DNA of 62,577 nucleotides, the filler included. It is 11 parts of 11 records of this genome, joined end to end, with 100 filler letters (N's around TTAATTAATTAA, not from the genome) between each part and the next. Parts side by side here need not be neighbours in the genome. Positions count along the whole stretch, not along the records: positions 53,544 to 59,263 come from SRR15195285_3117; positions 59,364 to 62,577 come from SRR15195285_3120; 9 more parts are not named here. The stretch is one strand, 5' to 3'. The position numbers and the translations under genes were made by a program. The notes under the pieces were generated by a model. It was not told where the DNA came from. It searched no databases and saw only the letters and a program-made list of their open reading frames with translations. Positions within the stretch are counted from its first letter, which is position 1. Every line of letters starts with the position of its first letter. Shown one piece after another: positions 56,582-62,577 of this stretch.

Positions 56582-59134
56582 CTACAGCGATGAATCTCTC
56601 CCGGGCGCAATGAAAAAGAAGGCAAAGCTGTGCGGCCGCAATCCGCCTGTTGGGAACGGCAACATAAGCTCGGACTTGTCGTTCAGCCTCAGCTGCAGTG
56701 TCGGTCCGACTTTGCCCTTGAGTGCCAATCGCTCCTTGTCAACTGACAGCCCGTCTTCTGAAAGCACGGACTCAACCCACTGAACTTCGACCTCGGACTC
56801 GGGCTTCAAGCTTGCGTAGTAGAGCGGAACGCGCAGTAGGTTGCGCTCGCCCGTTGTTGCGTTTCGCGCCAAGCTGTACCTAGTCGCTGACGCCGTGAGG
56901 ATGGTAGCACGCGGATTGAAAAGATGACCAATAGCACGATAGGCCGGGCCTGGACCTGCTGCGGCTGCAGCCGCGTCAGGTTGCACGTGCAATGCACCAT
57001 CAACATCGAGGCCATTTGGCCGCAGCAAATGGATGAGATCAGTGGTGAGCAGCGAGCGATGGTCCTTGAAAAAGTTGATCCAGAACGCAATGAGCTGCTT
57101 GCTCGCGTCGCCGTCGTGCACTCGATCGCAGTTGAAGCACGAAGGCATTCCCTGTCCAAGATACTGTGCGTAGGACAAGTCTACCTGCGGCAGCACCTGC
57201 TCCATCGGCTGCGTGGGGCATTTCTCTCCCATCCATCCCTGAGTAACACTTTTGTAAAAGGTACCATCGTAACCGTACATCCTTCCGATATTCAAGTGTT
57301 CCCAAACATCTGTGACATGACCATAGCCATCTGTGTATCCGATGGGTGAGCTAGAGACACCTGAACTAAGAAAGTACGGGTCCGGGACTCTGAGGTAGGT
57401 ATTGTATCGTGAGCGAAGCTCACGGTAAAATTCGTGGTTCACCAGTGCTTGGGCTTGCTGCGAGTCGGCCAGGCCCCGATGCTCCGTAGTCTGCGCGTAT
57501 CCCTGCCGCGTCCCGGCGCAGGGAGATCCCTCGAACGGACAGTCTGTCGTGAGAATTTCCATACCTGTGCGCTCAATCCACTCGACAAGTGACTCCCGCA
57601 ACTGTCGGTGCTCGCGCGTCGCCATGTCAGCGCCACGGTAGACCCCCGCTTTTGGGGCGGGGGCGGGTGTTCCAGCTGGGTTAACGCATTGATTATTGTT
57701 GGTTGTGTTGACTGTCTTCATCTGCTGCAAACAGACGTACTCTCCCAGCATGACCGGGTTGGGCAGGCTTTTTCCGAGCTCGACCAGTGCTTTGAACCTG
57801 TGCACATGTGTTGTATTTGCTGGATTCATCGGTATGTGATTATTATATGGGGCGGACAGAACAGCATCAAATCCAACAGCAGACGCGTTCCGAATCATCG
57901 CGCTGAAGCTCTCGTCGTCTGGGTGCTTGCCATTATTCATCAGATATACAAAAGATGCCGTGGTCTGCGGAGCAAGGGTGCGGAGCATCGCCCGCCTCCC
58001 AAGCTCTTGACGCTCCTCATCATCGGAGTCCTGCAGCAGCTCGTATACCCGGAATGACTCGAACATAGTGCCACCAGGCTTAATCAGCCATCCAGGCCCG
58101 TACGGATAGGACACGTTAAGGAGAAGGTCAGGAAACACCCTTGAGACACACAGGGCGCCATCGTGCGCGTCATCCTGGTACATGTCATCGTTGAAGAACG
58201 TATGGGTGTCCATATATCCGCCACCCCAGATTGAACCGGGGCCCGAGGTTTTCCCACGGCTCGGGTAGTTGTAGTTTGTCCAGTACGTGTGGCGTGGCAT
58301 GTAGTCCGTCTCCACAAGCAGCCGTGTGCCAGCACCAGGCGACGGAGCGACATGCTCAGGTACACGTAACGTTTCCACGGCGAGGGATGTTATCTCCGTG
58401 TTCGTTGAGGTAAGGCCAGCACGAATTGAGAACTCCACCCACTTTGAAAAGACAGGCAGCCCATCGTATAGCTCGTACACCACGTGCGCAAGCAGGCCCG
58501 GATTAGGACATGATGTAGGTGGGTCAAAAGTGACGTTCAATCGCACCCCTGCTGGCGGCCATGGGAGATTTGTGCGAGAATTGTACTCCCCAGGATTCCA
58601 CGCGAAGCGTGGAGGGTACTTGCTAATCGCCCCCACTGTGTAGCTTCTAAAGCGAAAGGAACTGCTCGCGTTAATCGTCGGCCTGAAGGAAGTGTTTGTC
58701 CGCTGGGCAAAGTGTGTTTGGCCCTCAACGCCACCAATCGAGAAGTCTTGCACAGTGTCGCAGAACGGCTGCTCACACATGATATCTGTGCCGTTACCAT
58801 CAGAACAAGCCATCATGCTCTTGCGCCGGCAGTCGTGCGACAACCGCACTGTCGCCTCTGGCGAAAGCGCGCGCAAAAACGACCCACCACCCGAGTACAA
58901 AGTGTCCAGCCTGCGCAGGTCAACAGTGGCAAAATTCGGCTTGGTGACGAAGCTGCGTGTAACCAGTCCGTTCGTCAGTTCTAGCTCGCCCCCATCGGAC
59001 GTCTCGCTTAGCGTGGCTTTGAACGACGACGTGGCGGGGCTGTGTGCCACCAGCAGCCAGTCGACGGAAGGCTCTCCGATGGCTCCAGGTTCTCCAGATG
59101 CAGCGAGGGTCAGCAGGCTCGGCAGCAGCAGCAT
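56582..59134 (-). CDS. Secreted alpha-galactosidase-like glycoside hydrolase (GH36-related, bacterial-type family)
   Basis: Signal peptide MLLLPSLLTLAAS; intronless. Motifs LTNGLVTRSF, LRALSPEA, YELYDGLPVFSKW, LRVPDPYFL, GRMYGYDGT..K...GW, DLIHLLRPNG..DGALHV, PLYYASL. Confidence 0.65.
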   Translation of the reverse strand: MLLLPSLLTLAASGEPGAIGEPSVDWLLVAHSPATSSFKATLSETSDGGELELTNGLVTRSFVTKPNFATVDLRRLDTLYSGGGSFLRALSPEATVRLSHDCRRKSMMACSDGNGTDIMCEQPFCDTVQDFSIGGVEGQTHFAQRTNTSFRPTINASSSFRFRSYTVGAISKYPPRFAWNPGEYNSRTNLPWPPAGVRLNVTFDPPTSCPNPGLLAHVVYELYDGLPVFSKWVEFSIRAGLTSTNTEITSLAVETLRVPEHVAPSPGAGTRLLVETDYMPRHTYWTNYNYPSRGKTSGPGSIWGGGYMDTHTFFNDDMYQDDAHDGALCVSRVFPDLLLNVSYPYGPGWLIKPGGTMFESFRVYELLQDSDDEERQELGRRAMLRTLAPQTTASFVYLMNNGKHPDDESFSAMIRNASAVGFDAVLSAPYNNHIPMNPANTTHVHRFKALVELGKSLPNPVMLGEYVCLQQMKTVNTTNNNQCVNPAGTPAPAPKAGVYRGADMATREHRQLRESLVEWIERTGMEILTTDCPFEGSPCAGTRQGYAQTTEHRGLADSQQAQALVNHEFYRELRSRYNTYLRVPDPYFLSSGVSSSPIGYTDGYGHVTDVWEHLNIGRMYGYDGTFYKSVTQGWMGEKCPTQPMEQVLPQVDLSYAQYLGQGMPSCFNCDRVHDGDASKQLIAFWINFFKDHRSLLTTDLIHLLRPNGLDVDGALHVQPDAAAAAAGPGPAYRAIGHLFNPRATILTASATRYSLARNATTGERNLLRVPLYYASLKPESEVEVQWVESVLSEDGLSVDKERLALKGKVGPTLQLRLNDKSELMLPFPTGGLRPHSFAFFFIAPGRDSSL

Positions 59135-59363
59135 CGCGCGGACGACCGGATTCGCACTAGTTCCTTCGCGCGCGCGCGCACTACCGTGGCGGCCGGGGCA
59201 CACCGGATTTTTACAATTGAAATAATGACCCTAACGGGTCCACTCGTGCAGGCAGCCACACCCNNNNNNNNNNNNNNNNNNNNNNNNNNNNNNNNNNNNN
59301 NNNNNNNTTAATTAATTAANNNNNNNNNNNNNNNNNNNNNNNNNNNNNNNNNNNNNNNNNNNN

Positions 59364-62266
59364 AGTACGTAGTATTGGAATTTCCTACCTTCCGTGAGGA
59401 TACTGCCGAGCAGTTGGGCAGCACCTCTGAAGCTGATTGCGTGTGCGCGCCTGGTTACTACGATCCTCGCCGACCCTACACAACACCTGACTCACAGAGG
59501 CTCCGCAAGCAGCTCGAATGGGAAATTGGCGACACGGAAATCTCACACGAAGGTCTAGAAGTATTGTGGTGCTACGACAATGGATTGAACGATGTTGCTT
59601 CATTCGGCGAGTATTTGGGAGGCGAATTGGAACCAGAAGCTAAGGCGGAGATCGGGCCGTACCCGAACAAGTGGGCGAAAGGGCTGATGAAGGTGGGCCG
59701 GCGCGGTGAGTACCGAACATACAGAGGATCTCATGTCCGTGTTGACGGCAAAGATCCAGAGCGAGGCGATTTTGGTTACGAAGCAGCAGATGGAACGTGG
59801 GTTGAAGTCATACCCGGGCCGTCCGTCACACGTGCTGACGTGGGTGATGACCCCTCGCCAGACAATCTGGACGCGTTGTACTCGGGTGTATGGGTCGAAT
59901 CATATCACTGGGAAGTTCCCGAAGACCCACCGTTCGTGTACACCCGCGATGGGCATGAGATTATCACTTTCGGCGAGCAGACTGCCGGCGAGTACGACAG
60001 TTTCTACAGCAGGGAAGACATCTCGAACTTCCGCTGCATGCGCTGCCCGGACGGGCCTGACCAGTGTGGCGCTGGTGAGGGTGCAGCATGCGACGCACCG
60101 GGCCCAGAGGATGGCTGTGCTATTTGCAAAGGAAACGAAACAATCGGCGTCAAGCCGGGCTGGTGGGCGGCAGAAATCGAAATCCCTGAGTGGGCTAGAC
60201 CGTGGGGTCCGGTTACGGAGGCAGGAGGTCTGGAGGACAAGCGTGTATCACGGCATATGTTCCGCTGCAAGAATAATGACAAGAACAAGGCCTGCCTTGG
60301 AGGCGAGAACCTCCCGGCCTGTAAGCTTGGCCACAATACCGTCACGTGCGCAGGTTGCACGCGCCGTCCACTTTACGCTAAGGACGGCGAGCAGTGCACC
60401 GTCTGTGAAGGCGAGAAGGTTGGGCAGAAGATCGGTCTGATGGTTTTGGGCGCGATTGGCGCGTCCATTGGTGGCTACTTCGCAGTCAAGTACATCACCC
60501 CGGAAATTGCCGTGAAGGCCAAGATCTTGATGGCCATGGGGCAGGTGCTCGGTGGCTTTAGGGATACTTATCAGATCAAGTGGCCTCCAGCGATCAAAAA
60601 CCTCATGGAAAAGTTCAAGGTTTTCGACTTCGACCTGTTTACCTTCGGCAATATGGGCTGCCAGGTGCCAGAGATCAACAACTTCTACTACAAGATGCTC
60701 AGTTCGTGCATGCTGCCTATGTTCTTGATTGGAGTCATTGTTGGAGTTTATGTCATGCGCATGGTCGTCCTCAAGGGCAAACGTTTGCAGGACAAGGAGC
60801 CACATTCTCGGCTGGTGCACATCCTAGAAGACTTGAATTTCAGAGGTACTTGCTTTTCGAAGGGGTTCTTCATTTTAATCGTGCTGTACCTGAAGACCTC
60901 CGCGACGACCCTGAAGATGTTCCACTGCCGACAGTTCTCACACTGGTCGTTGCCGGTAAGCTATATGTCGATTCCGCGAAACGTGCTCGCTGCTGAACAG
61001 TACGCAGTCGAAAATTATCCGCTGGATGGCAAGTTCCAAGTTCGCGTACTTGAAGCGGACTACAACCTGAATTGCGACGACCAAGCAACCGATGGGTTTA
61101 CAAGTTTGTTGAACCGAAACGCATGGGAGTTTTTTGGCGCAGCTATGGTTGGTGTTTATCCGCTTGGTGTGCCCGGTTTGTTCTTGTTCCTGTTGATGAA
61201 GAACCGTCAAACCATCAACGACTCCATCAACGTACAGAGGTACGGATTCATCTTCAAGGATTACGGCCCAGTCTACTTCTTCTGGGAAATCTGGGATTTG
61301 ATGCGCAAGTTGACGATGAGCGGACTGCTGATTTTCTTTGACAAAGGGTCAGCTGATCAGCTGTCGATCGCCATCCTGTTCTCGACGTTTGCGTGTGTGA
61401 TGCACGCCCGTGCCTTTCCGTATACGGATCCGATGGCGAACTGGATCCAGTTCTTTGTTTTGCTGTCGCTCGAGCTGACTCTGTTCGGCTCGCTGATTCT
61501 GAAGATGCAGACGCGTGACTCCGCGATCTCCGAAGACATGGTTGACGTCTATCTTGTTACGATCAACATCGTAATCCCTGGTGGTCTCGTCGGTGTAGTC
61601 GCTTACGAAATTCAGCAGACGCTCACCGCGAACGCTCGAGCGAAGTTGCTCCTTGCCAAAAAGCGAAAACGGCAGCAACAGCTACTCGAGGATTCGAAAG
61701 GTGTGGATCTTCGCGACATCATGAAACAGGTAGACGACGAGCACAGGGCAGAAGCGGAGGCTAAAGCTGCACAGGTCGGTCTCACAAGCAAGGTCGGTGG
61801 CGCAGTGATGAAGGGTACCGGCATGAACATGATGGGTGTTGCTGGTTTGGCGATGGCGAAGGGTGTAGCAGGCCGCATGAACGTCTTCTCACAGCGAGTT
61901 ACGTCAGCAAAAGATCTCTTCCCGACTCTTGCAGACGAGAAGCTTGCTGTGAAAAAGCTTCAGTTCGATAAGGAGCGTGCCGACGAGAAGTATGAAGAGG
62001 CGGACCGTGAGGCTACTGATCTTGCTGAGTGGATTGCTTTCGCACGGACACACAATGCATCGGAGAACGAGCTCATGAGTTTCGTGAAAGCGTTCGGAGA
62101 TGAGCTGCTGGGTGACGTAGATGTCTCATCAATGGATCCAGGAATGCTCGAAATCGAGCAGCTCGCGGGGAAGCGCAAAGCAAAATCAAGCGCCGTCGTT
62201 CTTGCGGACAACTACCCTTTCGTGCGTTCCGCAGCCATGGCACTTCGCAGGCACCATTTCGACTAA
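59364..62266 (+). CDS. Cys-rich-ectodomain multi-TM protein with C-terminal coiled coil (protist TRP-C/DUF7630-like; 5' partial, 3' end possibly spliced)
   Basis: C.C.PGYY and C..GH....C..C...Y motifs; KILMAMGQVL..Y.I.WP; LEADYNLNC; YPLGVP; YGFIFKDY...YFFWEIWDLMRKL; about 8 TM segments. Confidence 0.65.
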
Positions 62267-62577
62267 AAACGCGATTCAGGTTCGCAACGAGGTAAGGTTG
62301 AACCGAAGACTTGATGGACGGACGCCGAACGACCCCAGACAGGGCAAGCCACACTGGTTAAGAAGAAGAGCGTGCTTGATGAGTGCTCGACGGCGTGCAT
62401 GGAGCTGGGCTTCATGCAGTGCCTTGTGTTGATAAACGATGTGTAATAACTCCTCGGTAGAGCATAACTTGGCTCCCGGCTCCATTTGGTCTACCTGGTA
62501 CATGATTGTGCTGTACCCTGTCCACCATTGGGCTCCTCCTTTTAAAAAAGGGAAAGGGGGACTCCTCTTGTGGGTAG

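Noticed and set aside
3522-59363. Regularly recurring TTAATTAATTAA flanked by N runs, resembling a repeat array
   Set aside because: Ten identical 100-nt assembly spacers; not biological and not CRISPR. Gene neighbourhoods across them were not interpreted.
1-62577. rRNA, tRNA, CRISPR arrays, transposases or viral genes
   Set aside because: None recognised by eye; small RNAs cannot be excluded without covariance-model searches.

Overview
This is not one locus. It is 11 short eukaryotic contigs joined by artificial 100-nt spacers (44 N + TTAATTAATTAA + 44 N), so adjacency across spacers means nothing. The DNA is gene-dense and GC-rich, with short GT-AG introns carrying CTRAY-type branch points. 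That fits a unicellular eukaryote (MAG/SAG type), but the lineage cannot be fixed from sequence alone. Genes found: partial VPS13 with a PDZ insert; a small Cys-rich GPI-type surface protein; an EF-hand/helical/RhoGAP protein; a HAD phosphatase; two secreted glycoside-hydrolase-like proteins; a beta-hydroxyacid dehydrogenase ending in PTS1 (SKL); two ankyrin proteins; a CLC channel; an importin-beta family protein; a multi-C2 protein; a large single-pass Ig-like/TPR/YfaP-like/EF-hand receptor; an RDD protein; an FG-nucleoporin; a STRA6-like protein; and a Cys-rich multi-TM protein. The standout is 8068-17373. Six ORFs there splice in phase through five canonical introns into one ~2925-aa protein: tetraspanin + 4x6TM Cav/Nav-type channel (atypical D/D/A/Q filter, RRM-like II-III linker) + a C-terminal EF-hand interrupted by a split-PH/degenerate phosphagen-kinase cassette. 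All domain calls are by-eye motif recognition; no database searches were run.
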